Sequence record: SRR33789315_70
Reading direction: 5' to 3' (one strand)
Length of the DNA: 39,008 bases
Of this stretch, positions 1 through 10,464 are shown piece after piece. Made by a program: the position numbers and the translations under genes. Positions within the stretch are counted from its first letter, which is position 1. Each line of letters starts with the position of its first letter. Under the pieces are notes generated by a model that was given only the letters and a program-made list of their open reading frames with translations, had not been told where the DNA came from and did no database searches.

Positions 1-198
1 CATTTTAATCCTTTTTAGACAGCCTCTTTTATAGCCGGTGTATTTTAAACTACAATTTTACAGAACGGACAAGAACACTAATCTGCTTCTTGATTTGTAA
101 ATTGCTTGTTAGAAAGTAAAGAAATTTATTATTGAATTTTATCTTCAATAAATTAGTACACCTAATATTTCGGAAACATTTCGAAGACATAAATTACA

Positions 199-1602
199 AT
201 GACTAAAAAACCATTTATTACAGATACTTTTCTACTTCAAAATAGTTATGCTGAGAAGCTATATTTTGAGTTTGCAGAAAAGCTTCCCATTATAGATTAC
301 CATAATCACCTATTGCCTGCAGAAATAGCAAACGACCGGATTTATGAAAACATTTCTCAAGTCTGGATAGCAGGAGATCACTATAAATGGCGCGCTATGC
401 GAACCTTGGGTATTGATGAGCGCTTTATTACGGGTGATGCCACAGATGAAGAAAAGTTTATGGCGTGGGCAAAAACGGTTCCACATACGTTACGTAATCC
501 CCTTTATCATTGGACACATCTTGAGCTTAAAAGGTATTTTGGTATTGATTCTTTTTTAAACGAAAACACTGCCAGCGCAATCTATACTGAAGTTAATAAG
601 CAGTTACAATTACCTGAAAATAGTTGCCGCGGACTTTTAAGACAAATGCATGTAGAAACACTGTGTACGACAGAAGATCCCACAGATTTGTTGGTAGAAC
701 ATCAAAAATTGGCAAAAAGTGATTTTGAGGTTAAAGTAAGTACGGCTTTTCGCCCGGATAAGGTCATTCTTATAGAAGTGGATGCTTACAATAGTTTTGT
801 CGATAATTTGGCAGAAGTGACGGGAATGAACATAACCAATTTCAACGATTTGAAAGATGCATTACGTGATCGTATTGCCTATTTCGATAAAAATGGATGT
901 AAACTTTGTGATCACGGCCTTAATAACCTCTCTTTTATGCCTTTTACAGAAGCCGAAATAAAGAATATTTTCAACAAAAAAAGAGCTGGTGATAAGGTTT
1001 CAAAATTTGAAGCAGATCAATATAAAAGCGCACTTCTTTTGTTTTTGGGTGAAACCTATCACGAGTTCGGTTGGGTGCAACAGTTTCATTTAGGCGCTTT
1101 ACGCAATAACAACAAGCGGATGCTTGCTCAATTAGGTCCAGATACCGGCTGGGATTCTATTGGTGATTATAGTCAAGCCGAAGCCATTTCAGGATTACTG
1201 AATACGCTGGACGGAAAAAATAAATTGACGAAAACTATACTCTATAATCTCAATCCCGCAGATAATGAAATTTTTGCCAGTATGATTGGTAATTTCAATG
1301 ACGGAAGCATAAAAGGAAAAGTACAATATGGTTCTGCATGGTGGTTTTTAGATCAAAAAGATGGTATTATGAAGCAACTCAATGCCCTTTCAAATATGGG
1401 GTTAATTAGCTGTTTTGTAGGTATGTTGACAGATTCAAGGAGTTTTCTTTCGTATCCGCGTCATGAATATTTTAGAAGGGTACTTTGTAATTTATTTGGT
1501 CAGGAAATGCAATCTGGCGAACTGCCTGATGATATAGAACTAGTGGGTCAAACCATTAGTAATATTTGTTATTACAATGCCAAGGAATACTTCGATTTTT
1601 AA
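199..1602 (+). CDS. uxaC: Uronate (glucuronate/galacturonate) isomerase
   Basis: 467 aa; PIIDYHNHL metal-binding motif, GDHYKWRAMR, NPLYHWTHLEL, WWFLD and MLTDSRSFLSYPRHEYFRR, all typical of UxaC. Confidence 0.97.
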   Translation: MTKKPFITDTFLLQNSYAEKLYFEFAEKLPIIDYHNHLLPAEIANDRIYENISQVWIAGDHYKWRAMRTLGIDERFITGDATDEEKFMAWAKTVPHTLRNPLYHWTHLELKRYFGIDSFLNENTASAIYTEVNKQLQLPENSCRGLLRQMHVETLCTTEDPTDLLVEHQKLAKSDFEVKVSTAFRPDKVILIEVDAYNSFVDNLAEVTGMNITNFNDLKDALRDRIAYFDKNGCKLCDHGLNNLSFMPFTEAEIKNIFNKKRAGDKVSKFEADQYKSALLLFLGETYHEFGWVQQFHLGALRNNNKRMLAQLGPDTGWDSIGDYSQAEAISGLLNTLDGKNKLTKTILYNLNPADNEIFASMIGNFNDGSIKGKVQYGSAWWFLDQKDGIMKQLNALSNMGLISCFVGMLTDSRSFLSYPRHEYFRRVLCNLFGQEMQSGELPDDIELVGQTISNICYYNAKEYFDF

Positions 1603-1611
1603 AACCTAAAA

Positions 1612-3057
1612 ATGCCTAAAGCTTTAACAAGAAAAAATACAGGTTTGGTAGCGAACATGCCTATCAAGATCATCCAATTTGGGGAAGGCGTTTTTCTGCG
1701 AGCCTTTGCAGATTTTATAATTGATAAACTCAATAAGCAAGAAAATTACCAAGCAGGTATGGTTGTGGTCAAGCCTCGCGCAGGAAATCTGGATGCGCTC
1801 AATGCACAGGACGGACTTTATAACTTGTTTTTAAGAGGTTTTAAAGATGGCGCACTTATCGATGAGCATCACCTGGTTTCGTGTATTCAAAAAGGAATTA
1901 GTCCGCATAGCAATTATCAGGAGTTTTTAGATTTGGCGCATTTAGAAACCTTAGAAATACTTATTTCCAACACCACTGAAGCTGGTATTGCCTTTAATGA
2001 AAAAGATACTTTTAAAGGTTATCCGCATCAGAGTTTTCCTGCAAAAGTCACTGCTTTTCTCTTTGAACGATTTACCTATTTTAAAGAAAATCCAGAAAGG
2101 GGATTGGTGATTATTCCTTGCGAACTTATTGAAGACAATGCAGATGCACTTAAAGAACTGATCTTAAAATATGCAGATTTATGGGAGCTTCCTGATGCAT
2201 TTAAAAACTGGATAATTAACCATAATCACTTTCACAATACTTTGGTTGATCGTATTGTTCCGGGTTATCCCAAAGATGATATCGATAGCTATCAAGAACA
2301 ATTAGAATTTGAAGATCGCTTGATTGTTTCTGCAGAAGCCTATTTGCTTTGGGCGATACAAGGTGATAAAAAACTGCTTGAGATTATTCCTTTTGATAAG
2401 CTTGATGAAAATATTCTCGTTGTTGATGATCTTAAACCGTACCGACTTCAAAAAGTGCGTATTTTAAATGGAGCGCATACGGTAATGGTTCCTATTTCAC
2501 TTTTATATGGTAATGAAACGGTTACCCAAAGTATGGATAACGTTTTTACGGGAGCATTTGTTCGTGAGGCTGTTTTTACAGAAATTACGCAAGCACTTCC
2601 TATTCCCGAAGAACAAACCCGAGCATTCGCTGAAGCCGTATTCGATCGGTTTAGAAACCCGTTTATCAAACACCAATTAGCCAGTATTGCACTTAATTCG
2701 ATATCAAAATTTAAGGTACGGGTATTGCCCAGTCTTTTAGAATATCAGCAAAAAAAGGGAAAACTTCCCGTACATCTCACTTTTGCATTTGCTTGCTTGA
2801 TCCTTTTTTATAAAGGAATAGTTAAGGGAAAACCATTACCGTTAAATGATAGTCCTGAGGTGATTGATTTCTTTAAAAATGCTTGGCAACAGATTAATAG
2901 TAGCCAAACCAGTAACATGGTATTGAGTAATACGCATTTATGGGATCAGGATTTAACCCAGATACCCGAGTTGCAAAAGAGAATTGCAGAAGCCTTATCT
3001 TTAATAGACGAAAAAGGGGTTGAAGCAGCTTTTATAACTTTCTTAGCTAAATTTTAA
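1612..3057 (+). CDS. uxaB: Tagaturonate reductase / altronate oxidoreductase (mannitol dehydrogenase family)
   Basis: 481 aa; IIQFGEGVFLRAF, SNTTEAGI, PCELI, TLVDRIVPGYP, KVRILNGAHT, RFRNPFIKH; 9 bp downstream of uxaC. Confidence 0.95.
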   Translation: MPKALTRKNTGLVANMPIKIIQFGEGVFLRAFADFIIDKLNKQENYQAGMVVVKPRAGNLDALNAQDGLYNLFLRGFKDGALIDEHHLVSCIQKGISPHSNYQEFLDLAHLETLEILISNTTEAGIAFNEKDTFKGYPHQSFPAKVTAFLFERFTYFKENPERGLVIIPCELIEDNADALKELILKYADLWELPDAFKNWIINHNHFHNTLVDRIVPGYPKDDIDSYQEQLEFEDRLIVSAEAYLLWAIQGDKKLLEIIPFDKLDENILVVDDLKPYRLQKVRILNGAHTVMVPISLLYGNETVTQSMDNVFTGAFVREAVFTEITQALPIPEEQTRAFAEAVFDRFRNPFIKHQLASIALNSISKFKVRVLPSLLEYQQKKGKLPVHLTFAFACLILFYKGIVKGKPLPLNDSPEVIDFFKNAWQQINSSQTSNMVLSNTHLWDQDLTQIPELQKRIAEALSLIDEKGVEAAFITFLAKF

Positions 3058-3062
3058 AAGAA

Positions 3063-4673
3063 ATGAAAAGTCCATTGATCAAAGTACATCCAGATGATAA
3101 TGTGGCCATTGCCTTGAAAGATTTTTATGCGGGCGATGAAGTTTTTTTTGAAGGGGAAACCATTCATATTCTTTCAAATACCCAGGCAAAACATAAGATC
3201 ACCTTGGTCAATTTAGAACCTGATGATGCTCTTAAAATGTACGGTGTTTTGGTAGGTAGAGCAGTTGAAAGAATATCAAAAGGGGGAGTTTTAACAGTGC
3301 ACAATGTGAAGCACGAAAGTGATTCTGTCTATAAAAAAACCGAAATAACAAGATGGGATGCTCCAGATATTTCAAAATGGAAAGAACGTACGTTTATGGG
3401 ATATCATCGACCAGATGGTCAAGTAGGAACTAAAAATAGTTGGCTGTTTTTTCCCTTGGTTTTTTGCGAAAACCGTAATCTGGAATTGCTTAAAGATGTT
3501 TTTGAGAAAGAATTTTCCTTTCATAAACATACCAAGCAAAGGCAATTGTTGCGCAATTTAATTTCTGGAAATCAAACCTTTATCGAGGAAGAAGTAATAG
3601 AAACTTCGGTTTTTGATAATGTTGAGGTTAAGTTTATTACCCATCAAGGTGGTTGCGGAGGCATACGAGAAGATGCTGTTGCACTTTCTAAATTGCTTGC
3701 AGGATATGTAAATAATCCTAATGTTGTGGGGGCGACCGTGCTTAGCTTGGGTTGTCAAAATCTGCAAGTAGATATCTTTAAAAATGCCTTAAAGGCAATA
3801 AACCCTGATTTTCAAAAACCGCTTTTAATATACGAACAGCAAGAGATAGGAACCATTGATACGATGCTTAACCAGATCATTACAGAATCTTTTGTAGCAA
3901 TAAAAAAAGCCAATGCAATTCCACGCGAGCCTGCACCTTTATCAAAGCTAAAATTGGGATTAGAATGTGGTGGATCTGATGGATTTTCAGGAATTTCGGC
4001 AAACCCTGCTTTGGGCTATGCCTCTGATTTGTTGAGTGCATTGGGTGGTTCGCCAATTTTGGCAGAATTCCCTGAATTATGTGGCGTAGAGCAGGAACTC
4101 GTTAATCGCTGTGTTGATGAGGCGACTGCTGCACGCTTTATGCAGTTGATGCAATCCTATGAGAAGGCAGCCGTGGCTTCGGGGTCTGGTTTTGATATGA
4201 ACCCGTCGCCTGGCAATATTAAAGACGGACTCATTACCGATGCGATGAAATCTGCTGGAGCGGCCAAAAAAGGCGGCACTTCGCCTATAACTGCAGTTTT
4301 AGATTATGGGGAATATGTCATAAAACCTGGATTGAATTTACTCTGTACGCCAGGAAATGATGTAGAAAGTACTACGGCAATGGTAGGAGCCGGAGCTAAT
4401 GTGGTGGTATTTACAACGGGTTTGGGCACGCCCACAGGAAACCCGATAGCTCCGGTGATCAAAGTAGCATCCAATTCAACCTTAGCGCGAAGAATGCCCG
4501 ATATTATTGATGTAGATGCAGGCCCTGTAATACGCAGTGAGAAAACTATTCCCGAAATGGGGGAAGATTTATTGGAATATATTATTGGGGTAGCCAGTGG
4601 TAAAATCATTACCAAAGCAGACCAATTAGGTCAAGAAGATTTTATTCCTTGGAAAAGGGGAGTTTCCCTTTAA
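3063..4673 (+). CDS. uxaA: Altronate dehydratase (UxaA/GarD family, N-terminal SAF domain)
   Basis: 536 aa; HPDDNVAIAL SAF start, GYHRPDGQVG, HQGGCG, GLECGGSDGFSGISANP, NPSPGNIKDGL, FTTGLGTPTG; operonic with uxaCB. Confidence 0.93.
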   Translation: MKSPLIKVHPDDNVAIALKDFYAGDEVFFEGETIHILSNTQAKHKITLVNLEPDDALKMYGVLVGRAVERISKGGVLTVHNVKHESDSVYKKTEITRWDAPDISKWKERTFMGYHRPDGQVGTKNSWLFFPLVFCENRNLELLKDVFEKEFSFHKHTKQRQLLRNLISGNQTFIEEEVIETSVFDNVEVKFITHQGGCGGIREDAVALSKLLAGYVNNPNVVGATVLSLGCQNLQVDIFKNALKAINPDFQKPLLIYEQQEIGTIDTMLNQIITESFVAIKKANAIPREPAPLSKLKLGLECGGSDGFSGISANPALGYASDLLSALGGSPILAEFPELCGVEQELVNRCVDEATAARFMQLMQSYEKAAVASGSGFDMNPSPGNIKDGLITDAMKSAGAAKKGGTSPITAVLDYGEYVIKPGLNLLCTPGNDVESTTAMVGAGANVVVFTTGLGTPTGNPIAPVIKVASNSTLARRMPDIIDVDAGPVIRSEKTIPEMGEDLLEYIIGVASGKIITKADQLGQEDFIPWKRGVSL

Positions 4674-4685
4674 TTTTCAGTTTCA

Positions 4686-7600
4686 TTAAACAATTTTAAG
4701 TGTACTATATCCCTGCCCATTTCGCGTAAGCTGAATTTGTGTCGCGATGCGTTCTTTTAAAGAATCTACGTGACTGATGATGCCTATAGTTTTAGAAGAT
4801 TCGGCCTGTAGTTTTTCTAAGGTGTCTAAGGTTTGATCTAAAGTTTCGGGATCTAAAGTGCCAAAACCCTCATCGATGAACAGGCTGTTGATCTCTACAT
4901 TTTTGGAAGCCAAATCTGATAAAGCCAGTGCCATAGAGAGGCTTAAAATAAAAGTTTCTCCACCAGAAAGTGTTTTTACAGAACGACGTTGACCGCCCAT
5001 ATGATCGTCTATGGCGACCAGACTATCATCTTCTTCATCGATGGATTTGTCTATTCTATAGCGATCACTTAGACTTTCCAGACGCTTATTTGCCAGCCGA
5101 ATAAGTTGACTTAAGGTAAGGTCTTGGGCAAATTCATTGAACTTTTTACCTTGACTATCACCAATAAGCTCGTTGAGCAATCGCCATCGGCGGATGGCTT
5201 TTTCCCTTTCGGCAATTGCGGCCTGAATCGTTTTTAACTCTGCTTGATCTTCGGCATCATTGCGTAATAACCTGCGATGGTTTTCGCTTTGATCATTCAA
5301 GGTTTTGTATTGATTTGTTACTTCTTTTAGCGACAATTGGATGGCTTCTGTTGTTTCTTCAGCATCGTTTTTCTGAAGGTCAATAAGCTGTTCCTGTAAT
5401 AGGTTTAAAGCCGTATTTTGGTTGGTAATTTTGCTAGTAAAGTTTTCCTGGGCTTTGCGTAAGTGCTCATAATCCACATGAGGCAATAAGAATTGAAGAG
5501 CAGCTTCGATAGTAGCTATTTCTTTGGTCGAAATAAAAGCAGTTAGTTCTTTGCTTAACGTCTCAAATTCTTGAGTGGTAATCGCGATTTCTTTTGCTAA
5601 TTCTTCAGACCGATTAGCCAAGCCTTTTTGCTCTTGTTGATACCGTGTCCATTTGGTTTGAAAATCCTGAACCTCTTTGTTGACATCATTTCCTTGATAC
5701 AGGTCGCGATACGCATCTTTTAACTTTAAGCCTTCTTCTTCAATGGATTCTAATTGATTAATTATTGGCATACTTCGGTTAATTGCGCTTTGCTTTTGCA
5801 CCATTTTTTCATAAATCGCCAAGGTTTCGATTTGGGTATCTATATTTTTTAAATAAACGGACCAGTTTTCGTTAAGGGCAAAAGAAGCGGCATATTTTTT
5901 ATTAAATTCTTCCAAAAAGGATGCCTCCTCAGCTTGCAATTTTTTGAGTTTTTCCTCAGCCTTTGCTAGTTGTTTTTGATTAAAAGAAACCTGCACTTCT
6001 TTTTGAGTTACTTCTTTTTGAGTACCGGTTAGTTTTTCTGCTGCGCGTTTGATATTCTGTTTTAATACGTTGTCCAGAACAGGATGTGCTATTGCAAACG
6101 GGTGATGTAGAGCACCACAAAGGGGACAAGGTTCTCCCTCTATTAAATCGGCACGGGTACTTTCAAGACTGGCGATGCGCGCCTCGTATTTTTCTTGTTC
6201 TCTTAATTGATCGAGTTGTACCTGATTTAATTTTTCGGTAGTCTGGAGATTTTTTAATTCTAAAGGTAACTTTTTCAATTCTGCAGAAAATTGCTCAAAC
6301 TCTGCTGTCGTTGAGGTTATTTCGGTTTGAGTATTGGTGATTTTTTCGCTGAGCGACTTGGCTTCTTGGGCCTGTCTTTCCAGACCACGCAGTCTGGTTT
6401 CTTCTGCATTTATATTAATTTCTTCGGTGATTTGAGCTTGTTTTTTTAAGCCAGTTATCTCACTGTCGATTTCTCTTTTCAGTTTAATAATTTCCTTTTT
6501 AAGATCAGCAGTACTTTGATCGAGGTCAAGTTCAAGATCACGCATTTCTGCAGTGAGTTTGCCTTGTTCCCTTTTCTTTTGTTCTCCTTTTTCAAAAAGC
6601 TGATCACGCATCGTGCTGACTTCAATCCTGAATTTATCCAGTTGATCTTCGAAGGTTTTTTCAGTTACTTCTGTTTGAATAAAAAGGGCAACCTCTGCTA
6701 GGGTTTTGCTACTATTTTCGCGGTTAAGAGTTTGTTTTTTAGCAAGAGTAGCCTGCTCTTCTGAAAGCTTATGCAGATCTTCTTGCGTGTCTTTCCACTT
6801 GCCTAAGTTTTCAGCTTGCGCATTTACTTTTTGATGATTATGCAGTTTAGTTCCATTAGAATCCTGAAAAACCTTCAGCTGACTTTCGGTTTCGGTCTTT
6901 TCATTTTCAATTTTCTGTATGTCTTCTTGCTGTTTGAGCAGTTTTGCTTTAAGGTCTATTTTTTGTTCAAATAGTTTAATTGCCTTTTGGTGACTATCTA
7001 ATGTTTTTTGCCAGTTTTCAAGCTCGTTTTCTAACTGGGTTTTGGTTCTGGGGTCCAATAATTTTTCGGTAATTGAAGCAATGTCAAGTTGTTGGTTTTC
7101 TATTTCTTTAGAAACCAATTTGTGCTTTTCAAACGCTTGACGCCCTATTTCGCGATAGATCCAAGTACCTGTGATCTTTTCTAACAATTCACCGCGCTCG
7201 TCTTTTTTAACCTTCAGAAACTGCGCAAATTCACCTTGTGCGAGTAAAACCGACTTGATAAATTGGTTGTAATTCAACCCAATTAAACTCTCATTTTTTG
7301 CCGGAACATCCGATTTTTTTAAATCAAAAAGTTCGTTGGTATCTATATTGCATAACTGCATTTCATAATCACGCAGATTATCGTTTCGGTTAGTAGAAAT
7401 GCTCCAAGTAGATTCAAAATTTCCCTTTTTACAACTGTAGGTGATCTTTGCATAAGCCTCCTTTTGGTTACGGGTTAGGATAGCTCCCTTGTTTATGATT
7501 TCGGTACGGCTAATTTTTCCAATACGCGGCACCTGATTAAAAAGCCCCAAGGCGATTACATCCAGAATGGTGCTTTTCCCACTTCCCGTGGGACCAGTAA

Positions 7601-7703
7601 TGGCAAAAAGTGAACTTTCGGTAAATGGCGCTTGTGTAAAATCAATTAGATGTTCTCCTTTTAAGGAGTTTATGTTCTGAAATTCGATCTTTAAAATCTT
7701 CAT
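4686..7703 (-). CDS. sbcC: SbcC SMC-like ATPase (Rad50 homologue)
   Basis: 1005 aa; Walker A GPTGSGKS, Q-loop LAQGEF, long coiled coil with central zinc hook CPLCG, signature LSGGE, Walker B FIDEGFGTLD, ISH. Confidence 0.96.
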   Translation of the reverse strand: MKILKIEFQNINSLKGEHLIDFTQAPFTESSLFAITGPTGSGKSTILDVIALGLFNQVPRIGKISRTEIINKGAILTRNQKEAYAKITYSCKKGNFESTWSISTNRNDNLRDYEMQLCNIDTNELFDLKKSDVPAKNESLIGLNYNQFIKSVLLAQGEFAQFLKVKKDERGELLEKITGTWIYREIGRQAFEKHKLVSKEIENQQLDIASITEKLLDPRTKTQLENELENWQKTLDSHQKAIKLFEQKIDLKAKLLKQQEDIQKIENEKTETESQLKVFQDSNGTKLHNHQKVNAQAENLGKWKDTQEDLHKLSEEQATLAKKQTLNRENSSKTLAEVALFIQTEVTEKTFEDQLDKFRIEVSTMRDQLFEKGEQKKREQGKLTAEMRDLELDLDQSTADLKKEIIKLKREIDSEITGLKKQAQITEEININAEETRLRGLERQAQEAKSLSEKITNTQTEITSTTAEFEQFSAELKKLPLELKNLQTTEKLNQVQLDQLREQEKYEARIASLESTRADLIEGEPCPLCGALHHPFAIAHPVLDNVLKQNIKRAAEKLTGTQKEVTQKEVQVSFNQKQLAKAEEKLKKLQAEEASFLEEFNKKYAASFALNENWSVYLKNIDTQIETLAIYEKMVQKQSAINRSMPIINQLESIEEEGLKLKDAYRDLYQGNDVNKEVQDFQTKWTRYQQEQKGLANRSEELAKEIAITTQEFETLSKELTAFISTKEIATIEAALQFLLPHVDYEHLRKAQENFTSKITNQNTALNLLQEQLIDLQKNDAEETTEAIQLSLKEVTNQYKTLNDQSENHRRLLRNDAEDQAELKTIQAAIAEREKAIRRWRLLNELIGDSQGKKFNEFAQDLTLSQLIRLANKRLESLSDRYRIDKSIDEEDDSLVAIDDHMGGQRRSVKTLSGGETFILSLSMALALSDLASKNVEINSLFIDEGFGTLDPETLDQTLDTLEKLQAESSKTIGIISHVDSLKERIATQIQLTRNGQGYSTLKIV

Positions 7704-7704
7704 G

Positions 7705-8922
7705 CTAGTTTAGCGTAGGATTTAGTACTTCTTCCAATATTTCGTCAAAAGCACTTAAAATTTCGGTTCGGTTTTCGGGGGATATTTCCTGTTGATCCAG
7801 CATTTTTAAAAAGACATCTTTGGGTTTAAGATCTTCCAATTGCTGTGTCGTTTCATAAAGCGCAGCAGAGCCTTGCAGTTGCTGTTTAAAATGAATACGA
7901 TGTTTTACAATCTCATAACCCGGTTTGGAAAAGGTGGTGATTAGTTGATCTAAAGCATATATTTTGATAGCATCATAAGCGTCTTCCTTTAATTCGACTT
8001 CAATCAAATGATCCAGAGCGGTATGTTCTGGAAGTGCTACCAGTTTTTCTTGAATATGGTTTAAATCTCCGCTAATGCGAATCAATTTTCTAAAAGAAGG
8101 CACCGGAAGACTTGTGGGCTCCCAATCTTTTTCAGTATCTATAATCAAAACCCTTTTCTCATCCTTGCGCTCACTAAACGAAAGTGGTAGGGGAGAACCA
8201 CTGTAAAAAGCGGGCACAGGGGCATTGACCCGTTGTGGTTTGTGAATGTGGCCCAACGCGATATACTTGAAATATTCGCCAAACTGACTCGCTTGAAAAG
8301 CAGCCAAATTTCCGATTTGTATTTCCCGCTCGCTTTCTGAAGTTTCTATACCGGCGGTGAATAAATGGCCCATCGCAATCGCGGGGATATCGGGATGTTT
8401 TTCAAGGCACAAACTGGCAGCGGTAGCAAAAGTGTTTTCAATACCTTGCCGTAAGGTTTCTATTCTATCTTCATATGAATGCCCTTCGGTACCCTTGCGC
8501 AAATCTGCACCCCGTAAATACGGAATAGCAGCAATAACAACAGCTGTTTTTCCATCTGCATTTTTTACAGGAATCAGTGTTTCTGATAACTCTTGTGGTA
8601 AACCGCCTATGATCGAGATGTCCAAGCTTCTCAAAATTTCTCTGGGTGCATCCAGCATCGCCGGTGAATCGTGGTTGCCACCTGTCATAATAATCTTGCA
8701 ATCCAGATTTCGTAATTTTAATAGCGTTTTATAGTACTGCGTTCGTGCTTCAGAAGATGGGTTGGCCAGATCAAAGATGTCTCCTGAGACCAGCAAAAGT
8801 TCGATTTTCTCGTCAACCACAATTTGGCAAAGCCACGCGATAAACAAGTCAAAATCTACTTTGAGCTCGTGTTTCTGTAGCTTTTTACCAATATGCCAAT
8901 CGGCAGTGTGGAGTATTTTCAT
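7705..8922 (-). CDS. sbcD: SbcD nuclease (Mre11 homologue)
   Basis: 405 aa; HTADWHIG, SGDIFD, GNHD, GHLF, ALGHIH and YSGSP metallophosphoesterase motifs; stop codon 1 bp before the sbcC ATG. Confidence 0.96.
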   Translation of the reverse strand: MKILHTADWHIGKKLQKHELKVDFDLFIAWLCQIVVDEKIELLLVSGDIFDLANPSSEARTQYYKTLLKLRNLDCKIIMTGGNHDSPAMLDAPREILRSLDISIIGGLPQELSETLIPVKNADGKTAVVIAAIPYLRGADLRKGTEGHSYEDRIETLRQGIENTFATAASLCLEKHPDIPAIAMGHLFTAGIETSESEREIQIGNLAAFQASQFGEYFKYIALGHIHKPQRVNAPVPAFYSGSPLPLSFSERKDEKRVLIIDTEKDWEPTSLPVPSFRKLIRISGDLNHIQEKLVALPEHTALDHLIEVELKEDAYDAIKIYALDQLITTFSKPGYEIVKHRIHFKQQLQGSAALYETTQQLEDLKPKDVFLKMLDQQEISPENRTEILSAFDEILEEVLNPTLN

Positions 8923-9034
8923 TTTTGCAGTCGTATTTTGGGAAGTAATACAACCTAAGATTATTTTGCTAGAGTTGCAATATCTAGTGCATAAAAATTG
9001 AAAAAAGGAAAGTGAATTAAAAAAAAATTATCCG

Positions 9035-10453
9035 TTATAGAACTTCCCTTTTTTGATAATATTTACTAAAAATTAAAAATAATATTCCGCAAGATAGCCA
9101 TGCTGGTAGGGTGAGGAAGGAAAGAAAAATGTCAAATTTCAGTGAAATTCCGTAGAAGACAATTAAACTTATAGCCCAAGCACCTAGAACAGCCCAATTG
9201 AAAACAATACCAGATTTTTCAGCATAAAATGTTTGAATTCCTGCTTTCTTTCCGAAGAAATATTCAAAAACAATAATAGCTCCTACGGGCGCCAAAATAA
9301 AGCCATAGAGTGCGACAAATCCCAATAATTTCATTGCAAAGGCAGGAAAAATACCTGCAATCGTTGCGATCGTTCCGGCCATTATAGTCACCCAGAACGT
9401 AGATGTTTTAGGCATAATCGCCTGAAAAGCCAAGCCTGCTCTATAAATAGTTGGGTTAGCAGTGGTCCATCCTGCAAGAATTACTGCAATTATTCCAAAA
9501 ATACCAATGGCGTTATATGCCAAGGGGCCTGGAGCAACCGGCGGAGCTTCACCGTTGGCTAAAAATACCTGAGCTTCGGGAGATTTAATATAAACAGCAT
9601 ACAATAACGCAGCAGCAATCCACGCCATAAAATGACCAATATACATTCCGGCAGCCGTTGTCCATCCAGAGGTAGCTTTTTTCGCAAAGCGAAAAACAGA
9701 CAAGTCTGACATGCCTATGTGCATCGCGGCATTGGCGAACCAAGACCATAACATTACATGCCAAAAAGTATATTTAATTTGCCCTGGAAAAGGATCACTA
9801 CCTTCTCCCCAAATGTTCCAGAAATCTGAAAAACTATGAACTTCAAGTTGTTTTAATGCTACTATTCCGCAAATAAGAAATGCCAAAACAATAATGGGAG
9901 ACATCCAGTTTGCCACTTTTGCAACTGTACTATATCCTTTTGCAGCAATAATAGAAATTACAGCACCTATGGCAATCACAATAATGACCCAAGTAATACT
10001 ATTAGGCATGGTGTCGGTTAATCTTGGCATTTCCATATTGAAAGGAATGCCTACAGCCGTAGCCGAAACAGTAATCATCGATCCTGCCAGGAAACAAAAT
10101 AATATCCCATTAGCCAGATTATAAAAGGTAACCAGGCGTTTTCCGCATATTTTTTCTAAATGAAAATACAGCGTATAACGAAATTTTGCAGCTATTTCTG
10201 CGGTGAGAAAACGCCAGCTCATTACTGCGAGCAAATTTCCAATTAACAAGCCCATAATGAGATCAAAGGCACTAACACCAGTGGTTAAAAATAGCGGGCC
10301 AATTACAAATTCGGTTCCTGCTGCGTGCTCACCAGCATACATGCCCAAGAAACTTTTCCAGTTTTTTAATTTTGAAACAGGAACTGGTTGACGTTCAAAT
10401 TCTCCAGATGTATTAATCTCTAGAGTTTGTGCTTCTTGATCGTATATGGCCAT
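9035..10453 (-). CDS. NCS1 (purine-cytosine permease-like) family transporter; context suggests a sugar or sugar-acid substrate
   Basis: 472 aa with about 12 hydrophobic segments; N-terminal ERQPVP, GEHAAGTEF and GWTTANPTIY resemble the CodB/CytX-type WTT-N motif. Last gene of the rha operon, 11 bp gap. Confidence 0.8.
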   Translation of the reverse strand: MAIYDQEAQTLEINTSGEFERQPVPVSKLKNWKSFLGMYAGEHAAGTEFVIGPLFLTTGVSAFDLIMGLLIGNLLAVMSWRFLTAEIAAKFRYTLYFHLEKICGKRLVTFYNLANGILFCFLAGSMITVSATAVGIPFNMEMPRLTDTMPNSITWVIIVIAIGAVISIIAAKGYSTVAKVANWMSPIIVLAFLICGIVALKQLEVHSFSDFWNIWGEGSDPFPGQIKYTFWHVMLWSWFANAAMHIGMSDLSVFRFAKKATSGWTTAAGMYIGHFMAWIAAALLYAVYIKSPEAQVFLANGEAPPVAPGPLAYNAIGIFGIIAVILAGWTTANPTIYRAGLAFQAIMPKTSTFWVTIMAGTIATIAGIFPAFAMKLLGFVALYGFILAPVGAIIVFEYFFGKKAGIQTFYAEKSGIVFNWAVLGAWAISLIVFYGISLKFDIFLSFLTLPAWLSCGILFLIFSKYYQKREVL

Positions 10454-10464
10454 AAAAAGAGTTC

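Noticed and set aside
4686-8922. SMC ATPase plus nuclease as a defence system (Wadjet or Lamassu type)
   Set aside because: Canonical SbcD motifs and SbcC with a CPLCG zinc hook in the standard sbcD-sbcC order; no kleisin, KITE or effector genes.
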